From assembly GCF_037042905.1 (NCBI RefSeq), contig NC_087258.1, forward strand, positions 17,732,001-17,796,000: a stretch of 64,000 nt of DNA, read 5' to 3'. Of the stretch, positions 37,831 through 51,400 are shown piece after piece; positions within the stretch are counted from its first letter, which is position 1; the number at the start of each line of letters is the position of its first letter. This DNA comes from Lytechinus pictus (lineage: Eukaryota). A program made the position numbers and the translations under genes. The notes below the pieces were generated by a model that did not search any database, was not told the DNA's origin, and saw only the letters and a list, made by a program, of their open reading frames with translations.

Positions 37831-38519
37831 GTAGTTTTTTAAAGTCCTATGAAAAAGATCTGCTACACAAAAGACTTTTTTAACAGTCTTTAAAAAATGT
37901 AGAGCAATTGCGATGCTACACTAGGAAAATTAACCCCTGTACATTTAATTACAAGGTGTGAAATAAAAGCACAAGATTGATCCCCCATCGAAACAAAAAA
38001 CTGTTGGTTCCGAAACAATCAACATACAGTATGTTAACACAATATGAATTGATCTGTTCCTGAAACTTTTCAAAGGTGTACATCAATAATGTTCAATGTC
38101 TGAACAATGAGGGCAGCAAACACTTAGCTGATTATCACAATTACTAGTCTAATATTTGAAATCAACAAACATTCGGGTGTGATTGAAACTGTTGAAAAAC
38201 ATATATATATCGAAGAGTATGATACTATTCTGTGGCGTAGAAATAATGCTGGCATTGCATGATGGAGCAGTTGTCATAATTTGCTCTGTTCAGAGACAAT
38301 GACTAATTTTGCAAAGGTTTATGCAAATTAAATTTTCTTACTACAGACATTATTGAATATTCACAATATTTTTATAAACATTTCAATGGTGCTGAATTTT
38401 CTTATTTTAACAAATTCCATTGTGAATCTTGACATAAATTCAGTAACTGAATACATAGACTTAGAACATGCTCCTATTTTTTCATATATTACAATTTAAA
38501 TGAAGATTTTTGCACTGCT

Positions 38520-38828
38520 GGACCATAGGTTTTTTGAGGGGTTCACATTTTACAAGCTTTGCTTTTCAGTGGACCCCTCCATTCTTCTCATGATATATGA
38601 TTATATTGATTTAATTATATTTAATTATATTGATTATATTGATTTAAATTTGACATGCATGTTAATTTATATTTGAATCACTTATTGAATATGTATATTA
38701 TTTATTCAATGTTGAATTTTGTTCATGCTTTTATTTGAATTGAATTGATTTATCATGTAATTATTTGTATTATGTTGAAGAATGAAAATAAATTGAATTG
38801 AATTGAATTGAATTGAATTGAATTGAAT
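38520..38828 (+). mobile_element. CR1/Crack-type LINE 3' UTR with (TTGAA)n tail
   Basis: Stem-loop gaggggttcac..tacaagctttgctttt..gtggacccctc, then aataaa and (ttgaa)n. Confidence 0.65.
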
Positions 38829-39734
38829 AGGTATTTTGAAATGCTCAGATAAAATTCAAAGATTTCAAAATTCAGATTCAACGTCCAAAACTATATCTAT
38901 ACTGTAACAATGCACAATGAATGCTACGTCACCTGTAATATCTACCTGCTACCAAAACTATACAAGTCGCAGTATTGTGATCTTATCTAATGCCAATAAT
39001 ACTGCAGTATTGTACGAATATGAACTACTTCTCCATAGAAATACAGCATGATTATGACCTCACAATTGTAATTCAAGTGTGTTTGCTTTTACTTTCAGTG
39101 AACAGGTTTACACACCTTGAGGAGAACAATAGATTCTATTTCTCGTGAAATCAAGTTTCATTTTCAACCACAGTCGTGTTCACACATTAAACAAATTATT
39201 TGGTATATTTAGAAACTACTTCAATTTGATAGGCATAATTAGTCTTAAGAAACATGAAAACTGTGAAACATGAAAGGCATGAAGTGAATTAAAATAATAA
39301 TGCAGGCTGGGTTATGACAGCTACAAAGCTAACCAATGTATTGAATGAAGTTAAATTAAACCAGTGAATGCGCGAACAGGAAGATCTAACTTTGATAGTG
39401 CTTTTACAGTTATTTGTCCTGAAATACATGTAATGTAGATAAACAGAGACTAAACATAAATGCTACAGTTTTTAAGTTATGACAAAACTATATAAAATTT
39501 GATAAAAAATTGATAAAACACATAACAAGTAAGATATGAGGTGTCTGATATGAATACCCCATATTATTATTATTTTGAGCTGAGGTGGAATACATTTTGA
39601 CTTTCCCTTTTAAAAGGTCAGGCATTGAAAGTTAATATTTTAGCTCATCCTTCTACTCCTGAACCCGTGATTGATACCAGAGAACTACGATTTCCGCTTG
39701 CCTTTCCTGTCGGTCGCCAGAGTCCCTGGCCTAG

Positions 39735-40425
39735 AGAAAAATCTCTCCTTTTGGTAGCACATACATCAATTCGTTCATATGTGTGGTCCCGTAGCACTGT
39801 CAACAAGATGGTATAGTGGTATATACCCTTGACTTGCAAACAAAGGTTGAGGGTTCAAATCTCCTTTTTTTGTTCAACTTGTGCATTAATTAGAGCATTA
39901 ATAACAAGATGGTGCAGTGGTGTATACCCCAGACTTGCAAACTTAAGGTTGAGAGTTCAAAATCTCTATTTTGTAGCATGTATATCAATCAACCTGATTT
40001 ATCTATGTGATTGCATAGAGCATTGATAACAAAGTGTTATAGTGGTATATCCCCCCCTCACTTCCAGACATAAGGGTGAAGGTTCAAATCTCTATAGAGT
40101 ACCGAAGTGTGAAGTCAGTTGCCATGGTGTCATGGCAGGTTGGTTCTAAACAGAGTCGTAGCTGACGATCGTCTGTACAATTTGTATTTGCAAATGACTT
40201 TGGCTCGTTTGAAAAATACGTTGCAAGCGATCAAATTCCGATAGCAGCCATCTTTTCCCATTAGAAACACACTTTCATTCGGCAGGTTCATTTGTTTAGA
40301 ACCAGGCCGCCATGCCACTATGGCAACTGACGTCATCGCTTCGGTACTCTATTCAATAGCACATATATCAGGTCACCTGTCCATCAAAGTGGTCGATAGA
40401 GCATTTTCAACAAAATGGTAATAGC
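39735..40425 (+). repeat. Tandem array of degenerate tRNA-like/SINE-head units (3 full, 2 partial)
   Basis: Units at 39802, 39904, 40028: tggt(a/g)(t/c)agtgg A box, gacttgcaaac loop (degenerate in unit 3), (g/a)gttcaaa B box; period 100-125 bp. Confidence 0.7.
40094..40352. mobile_element. MITE with atagagtaccgaag termini inserted into the tRNA-like array
   Basis: About 55-bp imperfect TIR; the array unit resumes after it (tagcacatatatca). Confidence 0.85.
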
Positions 40426-40459
40426 TATGCAGATTACAAGTATGTTTTTGTTGGCGGTA

Positions 40460-40617
40460 AAACCTCAATCACATTTGCTCTACAGTGGCTGTACGGTAAG
40501 TCGAAAGCAGCAGTTTCATTCATTTTTATTCAAACCATATACGTAGCTGGTACCAAAAATTTTAAAATGGCTGTTGACTCGCCATACGGCCGCTGTAGAG
40601 CAAATGTGACTGCGGTT
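40460..40617. mobile_element. MITE family A copy 4, TAA flanks
   Basis: Similarity to 37673-37830. Confidence 0.8.
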
Positions 40618-42242
40618 TAAACACTGAGAAATGTATGTTGTTTTGAAGGATGATTCTGCAGAACCATGGACATGAAAATAACGTAGAATTTGATCATGAC
40701 TCTATGATAGGCCTTCTTCCTGTTTGGACATGTGCCGCTTACACTCCGAGATTGACCTCTACTTCCTGGGTCAAAGTCCCTGATTTGCAGTGTGTGGTGG
40801 GTGGGCTTAGAATGAGGGGGGGGGGGTGTAAATGAAAGCTTTCCCTGTTTAGCATTTCAATTTTTTTTTATTTTTTGTGATTTTAGCCTAGGAAATTTGA
40901 TGATTCTTACATTACATGCACCTTTGCCTACCTTCATTTCTCTATGACAGTACTGTATGTATTAGTATACATTGATGTTGTATTGGTATGTCTGTATGAA
41001 CATATATGTATAGAGATTAATTAATGACGACAGATTGAAGTGAAACATTTGATGATTTACAACATCACCTACAAGGAAAACTAACTATTCCATAATAGTA
41101 AAGTCCAAACCAAGGACTATAATTACTTCCTTGGATACTTGTAATTAAAATTCAGTTATCAGGAGGAGAAATGTCCAACTATCCCAGGTGTTTTAAAGAA
41201 AGTTTAGGTCCAACGTATCAAGTGTTTCCCTATTGTAATATATAGAGATAAAAAAATTAGGAAAGTTGGCATCAACTGTAAATCCCCTCTACATCCTGTT
41301 GCATGAGTTTGTTCCTTTCCTTTTCCTCTTTTGTGAACTCCGGAATCGATTGATCCTGTTGTGCACTGCAGAATCAAACACTAACAAGGAAAAACTCTGT
41401 GCAGAGTACAGCCATAAACGATACCAGATAGCTGAAGCTGAACTACATGTGTAAGTTGAAAGTCAAGTTAAAAATTTACACCCGACTTCCTTGTTAGTGA
41501 TGGAGATATGTACTGGCTCTTGAGAGTGTAGTAGTTGTTCTATATCGGATGATGAATCTGTTTACATTGGAGGTTTACAAGTCAGTGATGCCGTCATCAA
41601 GGACACCAGGACGTTTTCAAGAATCTCAAAGGCACCTCCGGGCAGACCTTGATAGGGGATTTCTAGTTTTGTGGCCATGATTGCAAGGATATTTGTTTGG
41701 ATCACTTTTCACCGATTCTGAGCAGGTATAGAGAGGCAGAGTGCGATCACACTGGATTGTTTTTGTCGCTTGAAATCAAAGAAAGTTTGCGAGGTAGCAG
41801 AAGCTTATTGTCCTGGCAGCCATGTTGTGGTTTTCGTGTGTTGTTTTGATATTCGCAGTTTCATATTATTTGAACATTCATTGTGAGATAATTGTAATGT
41901 GCCTGGATATTATGAATGATTCTATTTTCACCTGTACTTAAAAGTATATGTAATTTTCATTTGTTAAAATTCAAAATGAGCAATAGAATTAACCTGTAAA
42001 AATATAAGCTAACAGGCCATAAAGGGAAATATCAAGGGATGCGTTTGAAGCTAGGCCAACAACAGTTCTCTTTGATACAAGTGAAGGAAATTACCATTTC
42101 ATTTCAAATGTATTATTATTGTTTATCAATGATATTATTGTAGGTTGGGCAAGCTATTTTAATTTAGAGAGAAGGAGAGAGAAGGAGAAGGAGGGAGAGC
42201 AAACTTTGATGCGAATTGATAGGGCACAGCTGTTTTAATTTA

Positions 42243-42353
42243 AGCCCCTTTCACAATGGTGGTGCGACTGCTTACAACTGTTGCGATTGTGTGCACCATA
42301 CATTGTGACCAAATGATCGCAAACGATCGCAATAGCGATTGTGAAAGCCCCTT
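42243..42353. mobile_element. Short MITE (ctttcacaat / attgtgaaag)
   Basis: Subterminal IR, TWA-like flanks. Confidence 0.55.
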
Positions 42354-42904
42354 TAAGTGTGCATGCACTATAAAATGTGTTGAAGAGACATGTGTTATTC
42401 ACAGTCGTTACAGCACTTTGTGACCGACATACACACGATTTGCATATTCTCTTTAAGACTTGAAGTACGTTCACGAGCCAAGGAGATGGGTGAGAATCGA
42501 AGGCGATGAAGAAAATAATGTCGGGAGACAGACTCCCTTCCCCGCTACCATTAGTCTAAACGAAGTTCCTGGTTTTTATATTAAAGTACAGAATTTTCAA
42601 ATCAATTTCATTTGTTAATTTCATAAAGTACAAAGCAATTATATAAAACGTGGCTTGGGAATTTCAATACAAGCCCCTGGCTTGCAAAACAGTGATTCCC
42701 CTTGAAATACAAATTATAAGATGGGAAGAGAATTCTCCTGAGGCACAGGGAATTTCCCTCTCCATATGTAGTAAATTGCAGGGAGAGGGGAAGGGGATGT
42801 GAGAGGGGTGGCTGAAGGGTATGGAGTGGAGGAAAAGACAAGGAAGGGTATGGGTAGTGGTAGAAGGATCCAAAGAGGGGGGTTGGTGGAAACTAAACAG
42901 ATAA

Positions 42905-43160
42905 ATAATCATAGATGATTCAGCCCTCTCCATGAAAAAACAATGCTCATCGATACTCCTGAATGGTCTCCATATCGTGAAACCAGCCGGGCGTGAGGCT
43001 GCGCTTGTCCCTTCCTCTTGTGATCGTGATACGAGGGTGTCGCAGGTCGCTGGAAAGCTGTCACGCCAGATGTCTTGATTGTTTCCACGGCCCAACGACC
43101 ATGAATGTCTCTCCAGAGAGTACATGATCACACCCATACAATGCCCTTGACACGTTTTAA
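42905..43160 (-). mobile_element. Possible decayed RTE-clade LINE 3' end
   Basis: Frameshifted DIHGR..GRG...WRDS resembles the RTE ORF C-terminal G.I.G.R.RGR....W.D motif; GC-rich island. Confidence 0.35.
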
Positions 43161-43249
43161 TTTCATCTGGGAAAACGATAAAGATGTAAGCGGTTCATGT
43201 TGAGGACAATTTAGATGTCCAAGTAGGTTGTTGGAAATGATTCTTATGG

Positions 43250-43425
43250 TGGTGATATTTTACCTGATTGCTAAGAAAGCATGAATGCTTGTAAGCAAGC
43301 AACCAGAGGACTGACAGCTTAAAGTCCTCTCTGAGGAACCTGGTATTGAGGGTAAGTGCCTTACAAAAGGGCACTAGTGCACCAAGTGGGAATCGAACCC
43401 GGGTCACCGGAATACAAAACCCCCA
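43250..43425 (-). mobile_element. tRNA-derived SINE, different family
   Basis: Minus strand ggtgacccgggttcgattcccac (B box) followed by SINE body gtgccctt..taaggcactta. Confidence 0.75.
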
Positions 43426-44935
43426 CTATCTGAACTTTACAGTAGCTGTTCAGCACTTTAACAAGTGTTTGTGAAAATTTAAACCATACTTGTGTCATTG
43501 AAGATTAAATGTTCAAATTTAACTTTGTTCAAGATTTTAAACACTTGTTTTAATTGTATAAACAACTATTGTGACATTCATATAGTAAACAGCATTTTTT
43601 TGCAAATTTTAGTATTCTTTAATCTGTATTCTGATATTCTACTTTGGTCAAACTGTGAGGAAGTTTCTAGTTTTCCAATATATCAAAATATCAATAATGA
43701 TTGCTTTTATAGGCCTATTGCTAGTTTGGTTGGTGTAAATCAGTGTCCAGTAATAGTTTTATGTTTCAGATTGAAATGCATGGGTTGTTTAAAATGAAGT
43801 TGGTAGAATGATAATTTCCAGTAGCATACATTTGGGAAACCCCCTCCACAAATTTTCACACGAAAAAAGTATTTTTGTGGAATCGCTGGTATTGTTTTTT
43901 TTTCCAAAATAGGTTTTTCATTATACATTCTGGAATACCCTGCTCATTCTAAATTTTTTGTTAAAAAACCCTCAACACTTGCCATTCTGTGACAGAATCA
44001 ATCAACTTTTTAGATATTGATTTATCAGCTCGCTTGCTTTGCTCTCAGATTTTCAGAAAAAGTATGCGGCATCCGATTCTTACCCCCCTTAACATTTTTT
44101 TTGTCTCATTCTAGTATTACACCATGGACTTTTGCATGAATGATACTGCAAATAATTTGGGTCATTTTGAGGTGTGTAATCTTTCCTGTTTGAACTCTTT
44201 CCATGAATTCCACTTGATTTCAGGACAAGCGCATCCTGTACTTATCAGAGAAATTAAGGCGTTAACCCGTTGACTACTGGGTTTCCTAACTCCCATTGGT
44301 TTAATACAGCAATCACAAACTTTGGTAGCCAATTGGTTAATTGCGTGATTTACTCCAGATGTGGTTTGGAAATCGGAAAAATATGAAAATTGCATGCAGA
44401 TTGCTTTCTAAGAAATGCTAATTGTCTATTTAGTTTAAAGACCTGATCTGTATGATTCAAAGCCTTGTTGCAAAAAATATACAGGGAATGATTTTATTGG
44501 TATCGCATCGCAATTTGCTCCACATTTCATTAAACGACAGCTACACAAATAGTCTTTTGTGTAGCAGGTGTAGGACTGTACAGAATATAGCTGAGAGCTT
44601 TTCTCTGACTAAAAATGCTAATCAAATTTGTTATTATTCCCTTTTTTCTGTTATATATTTTATATTAACAGATAATGACTTTAACATTGCATTTTGGACA
44701 GTAAAGTGAAGCAAATTTTTATGAAGTGAATAATAAATGTTTGTATCCTCATTTAATGTATTCTGTAGAAAACTTGATTGGAGATTGGTGTTCAGGTTTA
44801 GAATTCCCCCCCCCCCCAAAAAAAAGAGAAGAAATCTCAAGTGTCTATTGTTACTATTTGATACACTTTTAATCTGTAGTGAAACTTTGGTAGGTTTAGA
44901 CACTGGTGTTATGGAGGTGTCCCCTTTTAGACTAA

Positions 44936-45221
44936 GGGTCTTTTCACACATGAATCTTGAATCATCATTGTAATGGTGATTGCAATTCGTCTTTAGAATC
45001 ATCAGACTTTTCACACGCTCACTCGAAAACTGATTTTAATGAAACTTATTAACTGGAATTCACCTCTGGAGTAGAATTCGAATTCGTGATTGTGATTAGC
45101 GTTCGTGATTCTAATCATGTTCTGGTTTGGTTTCACACGGTGCAAAAATTTGTCATTAGTCTTATTTTTCACTGGAATAACCATTCAAATTACGATTTTT
45201 TTTTTACCGTGTGAAAGGGCG
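44936..45221. mobile_element. MITE (tttcacac / gtgtgaaag termini)
   Basis: Imperfect TIR; internal tttcacacg and gtgatt repeats. Confidence 0.5.
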
Positions 45222-46329
45222 GTAAAAGAAGATGTTATACCTAGTGCCAAATATAGCAGCCTGGGCTCAAATTCTGAGCATAAAAGGTTTTGTGAAAGGT
45301 GACTCAGATCAAGCCTACTGATGTCTTTAACAGATTCTTTCTTATTCTCTTTTCCAATAATTTACCTATTGCTCTTTTTTACTTTTTTTTGGGGGGGGGG
45401 GGTAGCCTTCATTTTTAAATTTGATTAGCAGAAGTTAAGGTTGGAATCTTCACTTTCACTGTCATTTTCACATTTGATCAGATAGATGCTTCATCTTTCT
45501 CGGTTTCCCTGTGTCTTTCTGTTACTTGCTCTGTCTCTTTCTCTCTCTTTTTTTCTCTCTCCCTTTCTATAATTTTATTGAAATGAAGGCTTGTTATAGG
45601 CCTGCCCAAACCATACAATTTACAGTGTTTATTGTAGTCAATGATTTGCAATTAAAGAAAAAAGAAAAGAATTTTACTCCAAGTGTTTTGATAAAGATAA
45701 GTTCTGTCACAACTCTTTTCAAGTTTTGAGCAAAAAAAACCCCAACTATATAGGCCTACAAATCAGTAGTAGTCATCTTCTTGACACGTTTTGTCCATGC
45801 AGATATAGATTTATTTTGCAGTTTTTTATATAAATGTTAATTATGATACTTTAATCATATTTCAGACACACTTGAATGCATATTTCAGACATGCAGAACA
45901 ATCTTTGCTCCTTAAAAAAATGAGTTTTTCCATGAAAAACACTGATTTAGTTCAATAAATGACTTATTTCTTGAGTGTGAAATGGGCAAATGATTTTACC
46001 CCTAATGCACTTGACTTCAGTCAGTCTTTTCTTGACCTTGGACTATTAGAGTCTTCCATGTGATGGGTATTCCTGTTGCTCCAATCAATAATGGTGTTTC
46101 CACTGCCTCATAATCTCGCTTAAAAAAAAAACTTTCCCAAACTTATTCGTTGAAAGTCAATACTAGGACTATTCTAAACCAGTTATGAGAGTGAAACAGG
46201 CATGTTTTACTCTCCAATCAGGCTTTTGTATTACCAGTATTATGGTACCAGAAATATGAGCATCAAATTTTTATTCCATGAAGATATTTGAAGTCAGAAT
46301 ACACTCTTCATGAACATTTAAGTGACCAG

Positions 46330-46455
46330 GGGCCTGTTGCAGAAAGAGTTGCGTTTAAACGCAAGTCCTGAATACGGGTGCTTCATTTGCTGAAAATCAA
46401 GTTACGCAAGATTTTATGAGTTGCGTTTGATCACAACTCTTTCTGCAACGGGCCC
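46330..46455. mobile_element. Harbinger-like MITE
   Basis: TIR gggcc.gttgcagaaagagttg; CAG/TAG flanks; related fragment at 28483. Confidence 0.8.
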
Positions 46456-46684
46456 TAGACCTGTGTTTTTTAGGCCTATGCAGTTTTTTGCCAGGTAAAC
46501 TAGGAAATGATATACAGAGCTTAGAATGAAGGTTGTTTCTGTTTTAAGAACTTTATAAAAGAAAAGTGAAACAAATTAGGAATTACCTGGAAAATGTGTA
46601 ATTTATTTTCATCTTTTAACAGGAGAAGAGAAAATATAGAAAGTCTTATTGGTTGCAGTGATTAACATGGTCTTTAGCGCATCA

Positions 46685-46843
46685 GGGGGGCGTTTCATGA
46701 AAGGACTTGTCGGACGTTTTATCTGACAAGTCCCATTTTATCCGACAGTTACCATAGTAACAGTACCTCTCAGCCAATCAACATCAGAGAAAGATGTCAG
46801 ATCTGACAACTTGTCGGATGAAAATGTTGATGAAACACTCCCC
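46685..46843. mobile_element. Family D-related MITE
   Basis: ggggggcgtttcat ... atgaaacactcccc; core ctctcagccaatca. Confidence 0.75.
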
Positions 46844-47149
46844 AGGTGCCATTGACAACACAGCAATATTGCATAATTCATTTTGTCCAGAATATTTATG
46901 AATATTAATCTTCATCTGTGAAAGAATTTTTTTGTTTGTATTTTATTCATATATATATATATATGTTTAGTCCTATTTCTTTACCATTATGTTTCTTGTA
47001 ACTGCTTATACAGCATGCGGCGAACTTGAGCCAAGTTGAAGTGCGTTATTGAACCATGAATTTCAGAGTGGAGTACAAATGAGTTCTACTTGTTATAGCC
47101 TTGTAGCTAGACGTCAGAATCGCTAATCTGAGAAAATCTCAGATTTTAG

Positions 47150-47720
47150 TAATGACTTGAATGGAAACTGCGCAAACAATAATTGCCAGCTAGGACAATG
47201 GGGCCAGTGCCTGGGGCCAATTGTACGAATGTAAGTCACAGGTCGCCTTGGCTGGAATCTAGAAAGGTATCGGATGGCTGCAAAAACACACAAAGGGGTT
47301 TCGGAGTGCAAACTACCGCAATTACCACCGATGGCAGCCCCAGGGCCGCGGGGACACGGCCGGTCACTTGAATGCTTGAACTTGGGGACTTGGGAAACTC
47401 TCACCTATTTTTCCTTTTCCTTTGAGCCTCCTTTCTTTTTTTTTCCGCTGCGATCCGAAGCTTGATGGGTTTTGCAGTCGCCTGTCTCCTCGGGTTGCTG
47501 TTTTCCTTTTCTCTCGTGTTGTGTCAGCAATTGTTGAGCTTAGGAGGGGGGGGGGGATGGGGAGATCCCTCCATTGTACTCTTATCGGCTCCTCGAAGCC
47601 GCCTTGCAGTGTATCGTGGGTAACAGTGGTGGTGTGCGTGGGAGGTAAGGCCCCTCTTTTTCTCTCTCTCTCTCTCCCTCTCTTTCTCTACCCCTCTCTT
47701 GCTGAGATGCTGTAGCCTGT
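47150..47720. promoter_or_regulatory. GC/CpG-rich repeat-free island with (CT)n tract; possible internal promoter
   Basis: Marked CpG enrichment relative to the window, no recognisable TE, UTR-like sequence downstream. Confidence 0.3.
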
Positions 47721-48419
47721 GCTGGTGGGAAGCACATGTACCGACTGATTATTCTTCTCTGGACGATTTGGCCTCCGCATCATGAGTGAGCAACCTGTGT
47801 GCTCATAGAAAGGGCACTCATAATCTTCAGTAAGGACAGAACCATAAGCAAGATTCATGTTGGCTCTACCCACCATCAGTCAACATCATCATCTTGTTCA
47901 TCTATATTGTGATGTTTGTATTTGTTGGTTTCTGTTCAAAAAGACACTACTCTTGTAGGGATTCCTTCGCTGAGGAATACTGCAAATATGACTTGAAGGA
48001 GTTACAAATATGACATGTTATTCGGAAGAAGTGTGAGTGACGTGCATTGTTATTTACATCTGTCGGAATCCGGAAGAATCATAGTGAAAAAATTTGTTTT
48101 TATTGTCTTCTCTGGATGTCCTTCTTTCTTTTTTCATGTGGAGTATTAAATGGAATCCAAGGAAAGGTGAAATATTTTGGAATTCATTTTGATGTGCTTA
48201 TTACACAGTTATTATGAGTTACGTACAAGGAGTTATGACCACATCGGATATTATGTAGGCCTACTGTGGAAGAAGAGGTGGAATGCTTCGGAGGAATCAC
48301 CATCTAATCTTAGCCTATAAGATAAGGAATATTGGTTTTTTCTGGAATAGGCCTATATTTTCTTTTTCTGGATCTTTTCTGGGAAGGAATCTTTTGTTTG
48401 CATTTTCTTCCGATTTCAG

Positions 48420-48431
48420 GATATTCAGCAT
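48420..48431 (+). CDS. Candidate 12-nt microexon GATATTCAGCAT (or donor of a longer 5' exon)
   Basis: Acceptor cttttgtttgcattttcttccgatttcag followed 12 nt later by gtaagc. Confidence 0.2.
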
Positions 48432-51400
48432 GTAAGCTATTGTGTGGAATTACATTGGATTACACCCAAATACAGTCTAAACCAAGTTTTAAGGAATAAA
48501 AAATGATTGAGGTATTTATTATTTGATTTGTAGATGTATGTTTTGCTCACGGCTGATCCTTGCCAGTATTCTGTAGAGAAAATGGCTTTTTATTCTTGAG
48601 TCTAAATGAGCTGTGACGTTACAGTGAAGCATGGGTTCATGACTGTACGCTTTTTATAACAAATACCTCAAGAGGTCTCCAGTCTTGATGTAATATAATG
48701 AGTTTTATCTGATTTCTTTATTTGATTTATTTCTTTAGGATTTTTTTTTTGGGGGGGGGGGCATGGGGGTAGATGCGGGCCTTGAAGTGATTCGCAAATT
48801 CTTTTCTTGTCTCTCCATATGATATTCAGTTGATGATCTTTTGCGATTCAAGTATACAAAAAGAAAAAGGATAACTCAATGGGAGCTTCATAAATGAAGT
48901 ATTTTATCCATATTACTTCCATCTAAGTCTGTGAGTTCCTCTGATATGTTATCAAAACCAAATTATATAGTACAAGGGGGTGTGTACATTTTGCCTTTCA
49001 AAACAGCTGCTCATTGCTCAGTTTTCTAGTCACATGTGTTTGGAAGAAGAGGGAAATTAATTTTGTAACAATAGCCAGATATTGGAGAGAGATAGTAAGA
49101 GAGGGGGAAAGAGAGAGAGAAAGAGAGGGGAAAGGGAGAGAGAGAGAAAGAGAAAGAAAAGTTAAGTGGATGATAATTATATAGAGCAAGACAAAAAGAA
49201 AGGGGAGAAAATCAAAGTGCACCATGTTCACATTTTTGTGAGTAAACAGATGAATTTGGTGTTATACTTTATTATCAGACTTTTTGAGATACTATATCAA
49301 AATTATTTGTGCATTTGTGATATTTGTCACATACTACATTTTTAATTGATATTGGAATATTTCCTTATGCTATAGAATAACTCCTTTGCTATTGAGAGTA
49401 GATAGTACATAGCCTTTCATTATTCTTTACAACATTCTGATCATTGTAAGGTCTGGAGTGTGCAACTAATCTTGTCACGTGTAGTCTGCTACTGTTAGTG
49501 TGGGAGTCCTCATTGTGAATCACTCTTTCAATATTTACCGTCAATTTTCCTCTCTCGCCTCTTAAAAATTCATAGACGATGCTTTGTTACTCTTTCCGAC
49601 GATTAATATGAACTTGACTGTTTGAAACGAGACAAAGGGAAAAGGAGAAATGGCTCAAATTATTTTAATTTTCTTTCTTTTGTGTTGTATCTTTCAACAC
49701 AGTGCATTCATCAGGTTTTTTGTTTCATTGGTGTATTCAATTACTACACAGGCTTAACATGATATTCATTGGTTTCAATATATGATATTCTATATTACAC
49801 TTTTAAAGACTGAGGCAGCTTTTGTTTAGGGCAGGATGATAAGAGTGTGCAGTGAATTTAGATTGATGAGGTGGGGGAGAGGGGATGGGGGATATATCCA
49901 TTGAATTTGGTGAATCTGAATTTAATCTGTTACCATGGCGATTGGATCTTTCATCATATCTATCTCACACAGAGAGCTTAAAAATGTATCGAGGGCCAGA
50001 TGGACATTAACCCTTCTCTCTTCATCGAGTTTATTCCCTTCTTGCTCTCTACGGACGATGGTCGGTTTAGGTCGGGGCACTATCATCAATACAGAAGATT
50101 AGAGAAAGTGAATCAAAGATGAAAGCTTTTTGTCCTGAGACGAACGAGCAAGTGAGCGGCTACTCTCCGTCTTAATGGGTGAGGGGGAGAGTGGATTGGA
50201 TGGAGATTGGAATCGGGAGGGCATCCCAAATGGTAACCATGGTAACACCATCATCCATCATCATATGGATGCTATAATTGGTATGAAGCATTAGGTCACT
50301 GCAGGGGCCTGAGACTGAGAGGACCTCACTGGACACAAAAGAATCTCAGGAGTCCCATTCGCACTGAGATTGTAATCTCCTTGGATAATGGCGGATGATT
50401 TTGTTGCCTGTCTACGCAATCACTCCGAAGAATACATTCAACCTGTTTGAGAAATATCTTGTATTTAAAGTTGAGAGTATAGAGCAATTTGTATGCATGG
50501 AATGGGATATGCAGTACTTGAACTGGGAACATAGATCCGTAGAATGGTAACGGGTGTGTAATCGTTCTTCTTGAATATGTAAACATACCACGGTAAGAAA
50601 TGCCGATATAAATGTTTAAGCAACGCTGTTTGCTAAATGAACTGTGCAATAGTTGTTGAACAGTTTACACAAGTGTTTGAAATCAACAACCATGCTTGAT
50701 TTATTAAAGATCAAATGTTGAAAATTAAATGTTGTTGTTTTAGATTTTCTCTCCGGAGTCGATTCCCGTCTGAGTATGAACACTCCATTTTTTCTAGGTC
50801 TCTTCCTTCATTACCAGGTGCCTTGTAATGGACAACCACAAGATATGAGCTTACAACCACAATATGAGGAACTGTTCTGTTAAAATCCCAACATAATCGT
50901 TATAATGATATTAGAAACCAACAAATTTGTAATGATTTTTTAAAAATATAATAAAGTCCTTTCTGCGCTAATGGACTGTTGCACACTTTCTTGAATACAC
51001 CTGCCAAGGGAATATTGATTTCCTGTTTTGTAATTTTATTTGTGTGAATCTAGACACAATTTATTGTTGAGCTATGTCAGTGACTTCTTTCGCAAGGTAT
51101 TGATAGACATATGCCATTCTCTACCCAGGCTTTGAATCAATACTGCTTACGATCCAAAAGTCATTGTAGTTGATTAGTTCTTTGAGCACCTGTGTTATGT
51201 ATATGATGCGAGGCTGGCATGTTCCCCAGGGAGTGGAGATGGTGGTTAACCACTTGCATACAGGAACCAATTATTCCCTTTAAAAATTTCATGGGAATTG
51301 GGTAATTGCGTATCGATAGGGTTGAGATAATTTCATTGATTATCAAGTGTGTGATGTGAACTCAGAGGCTCAGAGCATCTCCCAACCAACTTATCAAGTT

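Noticed and set aside
39802-40092. Functional tRNA genes
   Set aside because: Acceptor and anticodon stems do not pair properly; treated as tRNA-derived repeats
42664-43137. 157-aa minus-strand ORF
   Set aside because: Runs through probable LINE remnants and low-complexity purine sequence; no domain
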